From Octopus sinensis (taxonomy: Eukaryota), in the NCBI RefSeq assembly GCF_006345805.1, contig NC_043014.1, positions 47,988,001-48,052,000 of the forward strand: a DNA stretch of 64,000 bases, given 5' to 3'. Every line of letters starts with the position of its first letter. The stretch's first letter is position 1. A model generated the notes under the pieces. That model searched no databases. It was not told where the DNA came from and saw nothing but the letters and a program-made list of their open reading frames with translations. This document shows, one piece after another, positions 42,890-55,129 of this stretch. Made by a program: the position numbers and the translations under genes.

Positions 42890-43167
42890 TGAACATTATT
42901 TACATTCGATGGATATTTGTCCTCATCTTGTTTGTTGTTGACACAACATTTCAGCTGATGTACCCTCCAGCCTTCTTCAGGTGTCTTGGGGAAATTTCGA
43001 ACCTGGGTTCTCATTCCTAAGGTAAATTCCCCCAAGACAACTGAAGAAGCCTGGAGGGTATATCAGCCGAAACGTTGTGTCAACAACAAACAAGAGGAGG
43101 ACAAATATCCATCGAACGTAAATAATATAAATAATGTACATAATTCCTCATCTCTTGAATATAGAAC
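42890..43167. mobile_element. Inverted pseudo-LTR-like element, family B, with two hammerhead motifs, inside an ARCN1 intron
   Basis: About 100-bp inverted arms (about 42895-42996 and 43024-43126); motifs at 42940-42985 (-) and 43036-43081 (+). Confidence 0.75.
42940..42985 (-). ncRNA. Putative minimal hammerhead ribozyme (family B), sense to the ARCN1 pre-mRNA
   Basis: GACAC CUGAAGA A GGCUG gaggguacau CAGCU GAA AUGU U GUGUC. Confidence 0.65.
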
Positions 43168-43537
43168 CATACTGTACAATGAGACGTGTATACAAACAAT
43201 AGCAGAGCTCATCATACACATGTGTGTGTGTGTGTGTGTATTGGTGTTTCTGTCTTGACACTGTGTGCTTGTTGTAAACAAGTGTCACAGTCATACAAGT
43301 GGTATCTTTTAATTCCAATCTTACAGGGAAGTATGTGCAGCCATGAGGGAAAATGTCACTTTACTTGGAAAAGGACAAGGGTCGGCAACAGGAAGTCCGT
43401 CTATCCATAGAAAATCTCCCTCAACAAGTTCCAATCAACCCACGCAAACATGGAAAAATGAATGCTGATGACTAAATCTAATTCTCTTTTTACTAGTATG
43501 GTCATTGATGTGTGCATATGTGTGTGTGTTTACTTAC

Positions 43538-43685
43538 TTGACAAAGGAATGAAAGCCTCATCTTGTGTCTGGAAACGCCATTTTAAGACTCCAATATCTT
43601 GGTGTAAAGGAAATGGTTTCTCAGAATTTTTCAAACCAATGTAGGATGAAGTACTGAATAACTTCTTGTCAATGTTGGGATGGGT
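43538..43685 (-). CDS. ARCN1: delta-COP exon (THPNIDKKLF...IGLKNSEKPFPLHQDIGVLKWRFQTQDEAFIPLS)
   Basis: taaag acceptor after a (CT)n tract, 148 nt, gtaagt donor. Confidence 0.96.
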
Positions 43686-44468
43686 CTTTAAGAAAGAGAG
43701 AGAGAGAGAGAGAGAGAAAAAGACATTTAAAAGAAGTGGAAAAGGATACCCTTCACAACAATAACAATGATACAGGAATATACATTATCTATTTCTTTAC
43801 TACCCACAAGGGGCTAAACACAGAGGGGACAAACAAGGACAGACAAACGGATTAAGTCGATTATATCAAACCCAGTGCATTACTGGTACTTATTTAATCG
43901 ACCCCGAAAGGATAAAAGGCAAAATCGACCTCGGCGGAATTTGAACTCAGAACGTAATGGCAGACGAAATACGGCTACGCATTTCGCCCGACGTGCTAAC
44001 GTTTCTTATTTCTTTATTGGCCACAAGGAGCTAAACATAGAGGGGACAAACAAGGACAGGCAGAGGGATTAAGTCAATTACATCGACCCAGTGGTTAACT
44101 GGTACTTAATTTATCGACCCCGAAAAGATGAAAGGCAAAGTCGACCTTGGCGAAATTTGAACTCAGAACGTAACGGCAGACGAAATACGGCTACACATTT
44201 CGCCAGACGTGCTAACGTTTCTGCCAGCTTGCCGCCTTGGAGACATTATCACTGGAGCAGCTAGTACTGTACTGTCTTATATAAAGGACATCAAAAAGAT
44301 AAAAATAACAGTGGAATTTGAACTCAGAATGTAAAGACAAATGAAATACTGTTAAGCATTTTATCAGACATGCTAACAATTCTGGCAGCTCACTGCCTTA
44401 ATACTAATCATCATCATCATCATCGTTTAACATCCGCTTTCCATGCTAGCATGGGTTGGATGGTTTGA

Positions 44469-44704
44469 AAGGCGGCGAGCTGGCAGAAACATTAGCACGC
44501 CGGGCGAAATGCTTAGCGGTATTTCGTCTACCGTTACGTTGTGAGTTCAAAATCTGCCGAACTCGACTTTGCTTTTCATCCTTTCGGGGTCGATAAATTA
44601 AGTACCAGTTTCGCACTGGGGTCGATGTAATCGACTTAATACCTATGTCTGTCCTTGTTTGTCCCCTCTGTGTTTAGCCCCTTGTGGGTAATAAAGAAAT
44701 AGGT
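44469..44704 (+). mobile_element. SINE family 2 (GGCGGCGAGCTGGCAGAA head, GCCTTTCATCCTTTCGGGGTCGATAAA central domain)
   Basis: Pol III-like boxes (TGGCAGAA..., GAGTTCAAA). Other copies near 1728-1929, 16145-16545, 27940-28120, 33822-34043, 36269-36453, 43790-44238, 45580-45770, 55433-55890, 61717-62185 and 62492-62728. Confidence 0.9.
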
Positions 44705-46144
44705 CTGACTGAGGACTGGTGAACCAGATGGCTGCACCAGGCTCCAATCTTGATCTGGCAGAGTTTCTACAGCTGGATGCCCTTCCTAACACCAACCACG
44801 CCGAGACGTTAAGTGGGTGCTTTTACATATCACTGGCATTAGGGCCAGTCAGGTGGTACTGGCAACGGCCACGAAAAAATTACATTTTTTTTATGTGCCA
44901 CCTGCCCACCAACACAAGTGCCAGTAAGGCGGTGCTGGTAACAATCACGCTTGAATGGTCCTTTTTACGTGCCACTGGCATGAACGCCAGTTAACCGCTA
45001 GCACCATTTTGAAGGGTTTTAGTCAAACAAATTGACCTCAGGAGGACTTATTTTTTTAAAGCCTAGTACTTATTTTATCAGTTCCTTTTGCCAAACTGCT
45101 ATGTTACAGCATCATAAACACACAAACGCCAGTTGCCAAGCAGTACTGGGGGAGGCGGACGAACACAGATACATATACATACACAATGTATGTATATGTA
45201 CAGATTTGACTGAGGACTGGCGAAACCAGATGGCTGCACCAGGCTCCAATCTTGATCTGGCAGAGTTTCTACAGCTGGAAGCCCTTCCTAACGCAAACCA
45301 CTCTGAGAGTGTAGTGGACGCTTTTACGTGCCACCGGCATGAGGACCAGTCAGGCAATACTGGCAACGGCCATGCTCAAATGATGATCTTAGAGATCCAC
45401 TAGCACAGATGCCAGTCATTGAATTTGATTTTGATTACTACTGCCACTACCACCACCACCACCACTACTACTACTACTGCTACTACTACTACCACCACTA
45501 CTACTGTCACTACTACTACTACTAGTACGACTACTAATAATAATAAGTTTTATTAATATTAGCACAAGAGCGGTAATCTTGAGGGTATGAGGAAGTTGAT
45601 TACACCAACCCCAGTGCTTGACTGATACTTATTTTATCAACCCTAAAAAGGATGAAAGGCAAAGTCAACTCTGGCAGAATTTGAACTCAGAGCTTACAAG
45701 AGCCAGGAGAAATGCCAGTAAGCAATTGTTCTTGCTATTCTAATGAGTCTGCCAGCTCAGTACCTTTAGGCCTTCACAGCATTTAAACTGGCCATATCTG
45801 GCCCAAAGATTTGACCAATTTATTTCATTTTCTGTAAAGTGTGGATGTGTAAAGCATAAATTGGGTTTGACCCTTTACCATTTAAACCGGCCATATTTAA
45901 TCAAAATATTCTACCTATCTTGTTCCAACTGACCAGATCTAGCCTTTCACACCTACCCTACAATGTTATTCTAAAAATAAACAATCGCATCATCGAAAGC
46001 TCAAAACTAAAAGATAATACATAATTCAAAGCAACATGAATCAATAAATATTACATTTGATTGAATAATCTGAATGCTAAAGGGTTAATAATAATAATGA
46101 TAATAATAATTCATAACAATAATGTTGAATGTAAATGTATTCAC

Positions 46145-46310
46145 CTGAAGTTGAATTCCTTTGGTATCATTATTCAAAATGGCAACTTTGATTTTTCCAA
46201 ACTTGTCATCTGCAACCTTTAACTTCACTAAACCAAACACTTCCAAATTCTGTAAGCCACCATCACGCCCAGCTTGTACAACTATTTTCTCTTCTATTCG
46301 CAAATGGACA
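46145..46310 (-). CDS. ARCN1: delta-COP exon, start of mu-homology domain (VHLRIEEKIVVQAGRDGGLQNLEVFG...KGIQLQ)
   Basis: ttttag acceptor, 166 nt, gtgaat donor. Confidence 0.96.
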
Positions 46311-48158
46311 CTAAAAAAATAAAACAAAAACAAAAATATATTTATGGTTTGATGCAGTAGTCTCCGTCTGAACCTAACTCTCTGGTCAGAACTGATCCAG
46401 CCACAACACACAACACACATTCTACTGATTAATTTAGATAATTGCTTCCCAACTATGTGGTCTTGGGTTCTATCCTGCTGTGTAACAGCTAGGGCTGCTG
46501 TCTTTGTGTCTTCTACTGGGACCCCAAGCTAACCTAGGCCTTGTGGGTGGGTCTGGTGGATGGAAGCTGAAGTGGGCCCCTTGAGTCTTAGGACATATAG
46601 GGCTGGCCTCCCAATTCCATTGTGTACAAGTGTGTGAGATCACAACATTGTGTGGGACGACAGCTTGTCACAGGGTTACTTATTTATAGTTGGATGAACT
46701 GGAGCAATGTGAAATAGAATGTTTTGCTCAAAAGCACAATACACCACTCAGTCAGGAAATCAAAACCAAGATCTTGTGATCATGAGCACAACACGATAAC
46801 CACTAGATCGTATACACACATTATCACTCTTGGAGTGGTTGGCATTGGGAAAGGCATCCTACTGTAGAAACCATGCCAAAATCAGACTGGAGTCCAGTAC
46901 AGCTCTCCGGCTTACCAGTTCCAGTCAAACCATCTAACCCATGCCAGCATAGAAAACTGATGTTAAATGATGATGTTTATCTGTGTGTGTACTCTTTTCC
47001 TGATGTGATGTAAATGAGCATCACCGTCATACAAGTGAAGTTGCTTGTTTCCAGCCTTCCATCGGAAATATTACCTTAATTAGAAACAGGTGAGTGTTGA
47101 CAACAGGAAGGGGACCTAATTATAAGAAACCTGCATCAACAAATTCTGTTTGAGCCATGCAGGTATGGATTAAATATTTAAACTAGTAATCACTATGGCA
47201 TCTGCAAAGCTATGACTGACCCATGACATTCAGGAAGACATTCTGTTGAAAACGAAAATGATCTGTCAGTCTTTTACCTCAAAGGACATGAACAGTAACA
47301 GGGTAAAACTTAGCTTCAATTACTTGGAAAATTTTACAGATATTAATGTTTTTTTATTTTGCTTGTCCATCTAAAGAGTCAAAACTAAATCCCAGAAATC
47401 TGCATTGTTGTAATTACATTAACAATTAAAGTAATATCTAGAGCTTGACAAGAGAAAATATAATTCATTGACAAACATATGGCTTAGTTACGAATGATAT
47501 TTTGCAGTGAAGGTTGAATGCCAAGGGTGATCATCTCCAAAAAGTCAAGATTAATCAGCTGAAATTGCGAAGATGATCCAGTTCTTGACTGAAGATAAAA
47601 GGCTTCGAATGACCCATCCGTGTTTTTTTGTATCGTCTATCTGGATGTTTTGTTGTCCCTTTTTGTATCACCTAGTTGTCCGGATGTTTTGCGGTCTTGT
47701 CCCATTTTGTATTTTATTTTATATATATATATATATACATACATACATACACATATATATGTATGTATGTAGAAAATCATTTTAATGACCACTTTTCCAC
47801 GCTTGCATGGGTTGGATGGAGTCTACTGAGAACACCAAAATAACAATTCCCACTGAGTCAAGCATGTTGCGAAGTTCACAGACAGCAGGTGGATCTATGC
47901 AGTTGTCGAGCAGTATCCAAGGGATTGGAAAAGGCCAATCTGAAGACCACCACAATGACGAGAAATGGATTCCATAAAACAAGGTGGAAAAGAATGGCAC
48001 AATCAAGAAAGAATTGGGTGTGCAATATGACCAGTGGTGTAGAACATCCGACAGTCTGGGTGATAGACACACACCACCGTATGCATACATACTTACATAT
48101 ACTCTCTCCTCAATGTTAGCAAGTAACAGTAGAAGGTGTAGTGGTTGTGGGTACTTAC

Positions 48159-48228
48159 TTTTCCTGGTTAACAGTTGGTGTAGAGACCTTGTTTATAGTA
48201 GATGAGGAATGGTTGCTTGAGGTGACAG
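48159..48228 (-). CDS. ARCN1: delta-COP linker exon (TVTSSNHSSSTINKVSTPTVNQE)
   Basis: ttccag acceptor, 70 nt, gtaagt donor; its phases (1 in, 2 out) restore the frame between the flanking exons. Confidence 0.85.
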
Positions 48229-48533
48229 CTGGAAATAAACAATACAAACAATATCAACATCTACAGTCGACCAGTTCAATGTGTTGTTGTATAACCCAGT
48301 TCAGCCACTAGAGTAGCTAGCTCTCCACCACCCCCTTGGTAAAAGATGTTCCAGCTATGACCATCCCGGATTATTTTCAAACAGAGAATATCTAGGTCAA
48401 CATTAACCAATGTGTGTTTTTGTTTTTAAGATAGTAGAGAGTGATAATAGGGAGATTTTGCTGCTATTTCTAGCCTGTCAAGTAACCATGTAGAGGCCAT
48501 TCAGATGACATTAGTACAGCTGGGTGTAACATT

Positions 48534-48812
48534 GTGTGGAAGCACTCCGTCGGTTGCGACGATGCGGGTTCCGGTTGATCCGATCAATGGAACAGCCTGC
48601 TCGTGAAATTAACGTGTAAGTGGCTGAGCACTCCACAGACACGTGTACCCTTAATGTAGTTCTCGGGGATATTCAGCGTGACACAGTGAGTGACAAGGCC
48701 GGCCCTTTGAAATACAGGTACAACAGAAACAGGAAGTAAGAGTGAGAGAAAGTTGTGGTGAAAGAGTACAGCAGGGATCACCACCATCCCCTGCCGGAGC
48801 CTCGTGGAGTTA
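48534..48812 (-). mobile_element. 5'-truncated SINE with 14-bp TSD
   Basis: TSD ctgggtgtaacatt at 48520-48533 and 48813-48826; shares agagtgagagaaagttgtggtgaaagagt with family 3. Confidence 0.8.
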
Positions 48813-49117
48813 CTGGGTGTAACATTTGGTTAGGGATTAATATCCAACTGTTGGCATTGTGCAGTGTCCATGGTGAAGACCAAAACACAAGGATAGGATT
48901 TAAAGACACATAATCAAATAACAAAAGGCATTTCGTCTGACGCTCTACCAATTTTGTAGATAGCCCCAAGATCATATGCAGAGGGTTACAGTATCTCAAT
49001 GTGTTTAATAGATATCTGTATTAAAAAAAGAAAGTGAGGCCGACAGAAGATAAAATTGAGTGTGTATGTGAGGGAGAGAGAGAGAGAGAGTGAGAGAGTG
49101 AAAGAGAGAAAACTTAC

Positions 49118-49209
49118 TCTCGCCTTCTGATTTGAGTTGATCCACAAAAGAATCAACGTCTTTAGTCTTGCTACCAAGTTTCATCGCTTTACTTGGACCC
49201 AATGGTTTG
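49118..49209 (-). CDS. ARCN1: delta-COP exon (KPLGPSKAMKLGSKTKDVDSFVDQLKSEGE)
   Basis: Polypyrimidine tract plus cacag, 92 nt, gtaagt donor; conserved linker motif. Confidence 0.95.
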
Positions 49210-49522
49210 CTGTGGAGAGAAGAGAGAGAGAGAATTGAAGCCGAGATAGACATAGGTAATAATCATCCCCTCACAATGTACAAAAGACTCATCCACTAAC
49301 TGACAATTACATATACTCCCCAATTACTGATATACACCTCCCCTCCATCCTATTGCTACTACAACAGCCTGTTTTCCCTTCAACTTCTCAATTCTATGCG
49401 ATATTCACCTAAGACCACACACCTACCATTGAACCTCTCTGACCATCAAATAAACACCCAATCCTTCTTCCCCAGAACTGTGCCCAACTGAAATTATCTG
49501 TCCCTTCTTCCCAAATAAAACA

Positions 49523-49905
49523 TACTCTTTTACTCTTTACTCTTTTACTTGATTCAGTCATTTGACTGCGGCCATGCTGGAGCACCACCTTTAATCGAGC
49601 AACTCGACCCCGGGACTTATTCTTTTGTAAGCCCAGTACTTATTCTATCGGTCTCTTTTGCCGAACCGCTAAGTAACGGGGACATAAACACACCAGCATC
49701 GGTTGTCAAGCAATGCTAGGGGGACAAACACAAACACACATATATATAACGGGCTTCTTTTAGTTTCCGTCTACCAAATCCACTCACAAGGCTTTGGTCG
49801 GCCCGAGACTATAGTAGAAGACACTTGCCCAAGGTGCCACGCAATGGGACTGAACTCAGAACCATGTGGTTGGTAAACAAGCTACTTACCACACAGTCAC
49901 TCCTG
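49523..49905 (-). mobile_element. SINE family 1 in an ARCN1 intron
   Basis: Reverse complement of the family consensus. Confidence 0.9.
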
Positions 49906-50009
49906 CTAAAATTTCTTTGACGGTAGAATAACTTATGCATCACACGGGCAACAGTGAGATAACTAGTGTACCACATGGTTAACCAAGTGATAACATAAGT
50001 GTGTGTGTA

Positions 50010-50315
50010 CTGAGACCCCCTTTGATCACCGAGAAAGTTACCCCCACAGGCACAAGTCCGGGCAAGGTTGTTTATGGAAGGCCAACAGTCGCCCATGCAT
50101 ACCGGCCTCTCTTCTCCACGAGTGTTATCCAAGGGAAAGGCAGATGCAGCTTAGCACCTGTGATGTCGCAACTCATTTCTACAGCTGAGTGAACAGGAGC
50201 AACATGAAATAAAGTGTCTTGCTCAAGAACACAACATGCAGCCCGATCCAGGATTCGAACTCACAACCTCATGATCATAAGCTCGACGCTCAAACCACTG
50301 AGCCATGCGCCTTCA
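50010..50315 (-). mobile_element. tRNA-derived SINE family 4
   Basis: TGGCTCAGTGG and GAGTTCGAATCC boxes followed by TTGAGCAAGACACTT; a 3' fragment also at 15872-15978. Confidence 0.82.
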
Positions 50316-50593
50316 CGTGTATGTGTGTGTATATATATACTCTTTACTCTTTTACTTGTTTCAGTCATTTGACTGCGGCCATGCTGGAGCACCGCCTTTA
50401 ATCGAGCAACTCGACCCCGGGACTTATTCTTTTGTAAGCCCAGTACTTATTCTATCGGTCTCTTTTGCCAAACCGCTAAGTAACGGAGACATAAACACAC
50501 CAGCATCGGTTGTCAAGCAATGCTAGGGGGACAAACACAAACACACAAATATATATATACATATATACGACGGGCTTCTTTCAGTTTCCGTCT

Positions 50594-50975
50594 ACCAAAT
50601 CCACTCACAAGGCTTTGGTCTGCGTGAGGCTATAGTAGAAGACACTTGCCCAAGGTGCCACGCAGCGGGACTGAACCCAGAACCATGTGGTTGGTAAACA
50701 AAATTGCTTTCCTAAATTCTTTGTAATTTTCAAAACTTAACTGAAACAAAGGTATTATTTTACCTGCTGAAGGGTTAATTAGAAACCAAATCCACTCACA
50801 AGGCTTTGGTCTGCGTGAGGCTATAGTAGAAGACACTTGCCCAAGGTGCCACGCAGTGGGACTGAACCCAGAACCATGTGGTTGGTAAACAAAATTGCTT
50901 TCCTAAATTCTTTGTAATTTTCAAAACTTAACTGAAACAAAGGTATTATTTTACCTGCTGAAGGGTTAATTAGAA
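50594..50975. repeat. 191-bp direct tandem duplication next to an ARCN1 donor site
   Basis: 50594-50784 and 50785-50975 are almost identical. Confidence 0.9.
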
Positions 50976-50998
50976 AAGGGTTAATGAGAAATGCTTAC

Positions 50999-51201
50999 CT
51001 AGGAGCAGTGTATGATGATTTAACAGTGTCATTAATAGTGGTATCGATAATGGGGGATTCCATGCGGCCCCCACTGCTGTTACTACCAAAGCCTCCACCA
51101 AATCCAGGTGACCGCATGTTGCTGCCACCACTTTTTGTCTTCATGCGGCGTAGTTCTTCAGCCTTCTTCATCATTGTGTCACGAGCCTCTTTCTCTTGAG
51201 T
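50999..51201 (-). CDS. ARCN1: delta-COP exon (TQEKEARDTMMKKAEELRR...PGFGGGFGS...)
   Basis: ttacag acceptor, 203 nt, gtaagc donor; frame continuous with neighbouring exons. Confidence 0.93.
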
Positions 51202-51701
51202 CTGTAACAGAATGGAGGGAGAGGGTTATACACAGCAGTTTCACGACTGTAAATAACTTCCGTGGAACAACTCAGGAGGGTTTGACATGGCTGGACAATA
51301 AAAGCTGGAAGGAAGGGGGACAAAGGAGAGGAAAGAGGAGAGAGAAGGGAGGGACGAGAGGGGATGGAGGAGAGGATGAGGGGAGAGAGGAGAGATGGAG
51401 GAGAGAAGGAGAGATGGGAGGAAGAGTGGAAGGGAGAGAGGGGGAGAGATGGGAGGAAGAGTGGAAGGGAGAGAGGGGTGAGAGATGGGAGGAAGAGTGG
51501 AAGGGAGAGAGGGGAGCAAGGGTGGAAGGGAGAGAGGAGAGAGAAGGATGGGGAGAGGTGGAGGGAGAGGGGGGTGAAGAGAAGAGAATGGAAAGAGGGA
51601 GAGAGTGAGAGGAGGGAGACAGAGAGGGGAGGGAGGGGGAGAGAGAGGAGAGAAGGGAAGGAGAGAGCAAGATAGTTATGATGATATAATATTCTTCTCA
51701 C

Positions 51702-51881
51702 CTGTCTAACAGCCATGAACACTCGTTCTTCGTGTGAATCCATCTCTGTAAAAGTGCGAATCTGTGCAATGTTCACGTTCTCTCGGTAACCAAGGGCAAC
51801 AATCTCATCAAAGGCAAATATCAGTGAGAAGGACTGCTCGATAATTTCACTCTCGTCCATATTACGGCAATACTCTGGAAT
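51702..51881 (-). CDS. ARCN1: delta-COP exon (IPEYCRNMDESEII...FAFDEIVALGYRENVNIAQIRTFTEMDSHEERVFMAVRQ)
   Basis: cacag acceptor, 180 nt, gtgag donor; conserved motifs. Confidence 0.97.
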
Positions 51882-52104
51882 CTGTGAAGAGAGAAGAAAT
51901 TAGCATACGAGTTAGTCTATCAATCTTAAACATGTCAAATGACTTCATCTGAGATGGTGGTCTGTTGGGACTAAGACATTTATTGATGGAATTAGTATAT
52001 GAGTTAGTCTACCAAGCTTAGACATGTCAAATGACTTCATCTGAGATGGTGGTCTCACTCCAGCAGACAGCATGTTCTTTGTCTATCTCCTTAACTCCTT
52101 GGAG

Positions 52105-52292
52105 ATTTTAGGTATAATTATACTAATGTGTCCATCTGTTTTAATTTAATTAAATTCTATGTCTTTGTGCAGCTGAAGATTGCTTTGTATTCTAAATTGA
52201 TGTAATGATTGCATTGTTCAATTAAATGGAGTTGCATGGAACGGTCGTACTGCATTACCTCTGGATATCCTTGTTGCTTATTTTGATTCTAA
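52105..52292 (+). mobile_element. Short element, family D, with long-stem-II hammerhead motif at 52167-52255
   Basis: gtgcag CTGAAGA t tgc...gca t GGA ACGGTCGT A ctgcat. Confidence 0.55.
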
Positions 52293-52369
52293 TCACCTTA
52301 CTCTGAAATTGTATGGATAATACCATACTAAATTCTGGTGCCTCAACCTAAGTACCATATTCATTTGAA

Positions 52370-52404
<35 letters not shown>

Positions 52405-54765
52405 CTCTGTCTGGCACCAGTGCGGGTGGCACGTAAAAAGCACCCACTACACTCACGGAGTGGTTGGCGTTAGGAAGGGCATCCAGCCGTAGAAACACTG
52501 CCAGATTTGACTGGGCCTGATGAAGCCTTCTGGCTTCACAGACCCCAGTAGAACCGTCCAACCCATGCTAGCATGGAAAACGGACGCTAAACGATGATGA
52601 TGATGATGATGATATATATAAAATGGATCAAAATATTTCGTCAAACATCTACTACCTGGCCTCTGATACCATATCTGTGCTTTGTTTCTTTAAGATGATT
52701 TGGTATAATTTGAGTGAGATTTCATTGCTATCTAGCAGGTTAAGTGGCTGTATGGAAGTCCTCTTATTTGTGTTGACAACTGATGAAACAGCTTTGTCAT
52801 CTGGGTCATGACTTTAAAATGTTCTGACCCACAAGTGATGTAGATCATTTACCTTTCTGTTAGTATATTCATTTGCATGCGCATGTGCTTACATACATAT
52901 ATAACAATTGCTCCAACTGTACAGATGATTGCTGTCTCCTTTTGCTTACTCAGTGCCAATGACATTACAGACTTTCTGTCCATGACCTCTGAAATGACTA
53001 TTCAATCCCACTGCAGATTCACATATCTCTATGATTTCAGGTGGTCAAGTCTACACACATTGCCATTCCTCCATTGTCATAGGATTTTCAGTAGGTGGAA
53101 TTGCTATTGTGGTCACGATAAAGTGGCATCTGTATATCATTGAATTATAGTTATAAACACTTTTACAACACAAGTACCACTCTCTGAGCCTCTGTGATTA
53201 GTACTTGGTTAGAGACCAAAGTAAAAAAATATAACCAATAATTGTGTGAAACTGAAGGTTTTACATCAGTGTTCCTCTCCTAGAAGGATGCTGTGACAAC
53301 AGCTAGGGGTTTTAAATGGATAGCAGTTGACTCTCCAGAGTTCATCCACCCTTGGTATTGTTGGCATCCTTTTGTCTCGGGAGACAATGGAGTTGCGCAT
53401 AAACTAATCCAGTCTGGCTTTTACATTTCATGTCCTCTCCAGTTTTGCGCAGGCCTGGGCTAGATGTAAGAAAATCCTGGGTAACCCAATCGTCAGGATT
53501 CCTCTCTTGACCTTGCTGATGTAGTCCAAAGGAATGCAGAGCATTATGTTTGGCACCAGCTTGGTTGCAGGAGCTGCCAAAAGGGTGTTGAGTCGAACAC
53601 TAAACTACCTATGGGGCTTCACTCTGGTTTTCTTTGAAAGTTGTCTCCTTTCCATAACCCTGGATAGGGGCCCACACTGGGTACTGTCAGCCGGAGCCAG
53701 CTGAGCCCAGGACTCGTGTCAGGCAGGGTCGTCACTGCCTGAAGTAGTGAAGAAAATCGCTACCCACTACCACAACCCTTGATATACATATATTTATAAG
53801 CTACACACACAGACTAGCCTTGACTTTGTTATCAAATCAAAAGACATTCTATACATACGTCTGTTTATTTCATTTTGTATTTTCCCTATTCTCCTCACAA
53901 CTAGTCTCTATTTACCATTTGGTCAGCAGACCTCATCTTTTCTGTTATTGCCCTTGTCTCAACTCTTTATTACACTTGTTCATCTATCATGTCCACTCAT
54001 CTATACCACAGCATCTTACGTTGCTAGTGCAGCCAAATTGAACAGTATTGTTAGAAAGTGTTGAAATGTTATATTTGGTTGAGTATGTTCATCTCTGTTA
54101 TGTGTCTTCTCATTTTCCCCCATAAAATTTTTGTTATCTCCATGGATGTGCCACCTTTCACATTATCATGTATTTGTGTGCGTGCGTGTGTATGATGAAG
54201 ATGAACATCGTCTTTTCCATACTTGCATGGGCCAGACATACTTTTGTACATTACTGGAAAGGAATGACGTTGCTTAGTTGACATTGATGCTTGTTAAAAA
54301 CAATTACATGATGTCAAGACAAGGAAACACAAACACTCACATATATATACATTGAGAAGAAGTTGAAAATTCGTTATATGACTATACAAAAAAAAAATAT
54401 ATTTAAAAAACTTTTCTATTAATTTTTAAAATTTGTTTTTAAATCAGTTTAAAATATGCACAGACCAAATTTTTGGCTTAAATCCCAGCATTCGACCATT
54501 AAATGTGTTTATGTAGAGTAAGATATTGCAAAACATCCAAGTGACAAACAAGGAAGGTATCAGGTGGTTGTGAAATGTACTAAAAATCACAGCTAAACAT
54601 TCTTTAAATCACGTAAAAAAAATTTCTAGAGGTTTTTGCATCGTCGTATAAATTCCCATGTGTAGAACACAAATTTGCAAAACTTTTCAGAAAATTCCAA
54701 AAACAAATAAGTATTTAGGCTTTTTATGCCATGCACAAAGCAGAATTCTGCCAAAAGGAACTTAC

Positions 54766-54989
54766 CAATTTAGCAAAGAGGCGAAGGGTCTCCAAGTCTT
54801 CAAGGATGTTACTGGCTTTTGTGGTGATAAGTAACATGTAAAGTTTCTCCAGAGGTTGATACACATATCTTACACTCTCTGTCTCCACAAATGTGTGTTG
54901 TTTGCCGCTGCTCATTAGTTTGGGGAAGGCAGCCAGAAGACCTTCGATTCGGGCCCTTGTCATCTCGACAAACTGTCGAGAAATTATGG
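54766..54989 (-). CDS. ARCN1: delta-COP exon (longin-like domain: [26 protein letters not shown]...[10 protein letters not shown])
   Basis: tttcag acceptor, 224 nt, gtaagt donor; near-identical to animal delta-COP. Confidence 0.97.
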
Positions 54990-55086
54990 CTGAAAGTAGA
55001 CATTCAATATAGATTTATGCTTGTATTTACTTAGATATATTTGTATATACATCATCATCATTTAACATTTGTTCCATAAAAACACT

Positions 55087-55125
<39 letters not shown>

Positions 55126-55129
55126 TATA

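Noticed and set aside
51901-52054. About 62-bp direct duplication beside an ARCN1 acceptor as a possible intronic snoRNA pair
   Set aside because: No C/D or H/ACA boxes with terminal stems on the gene strand; looks like a local duplication.
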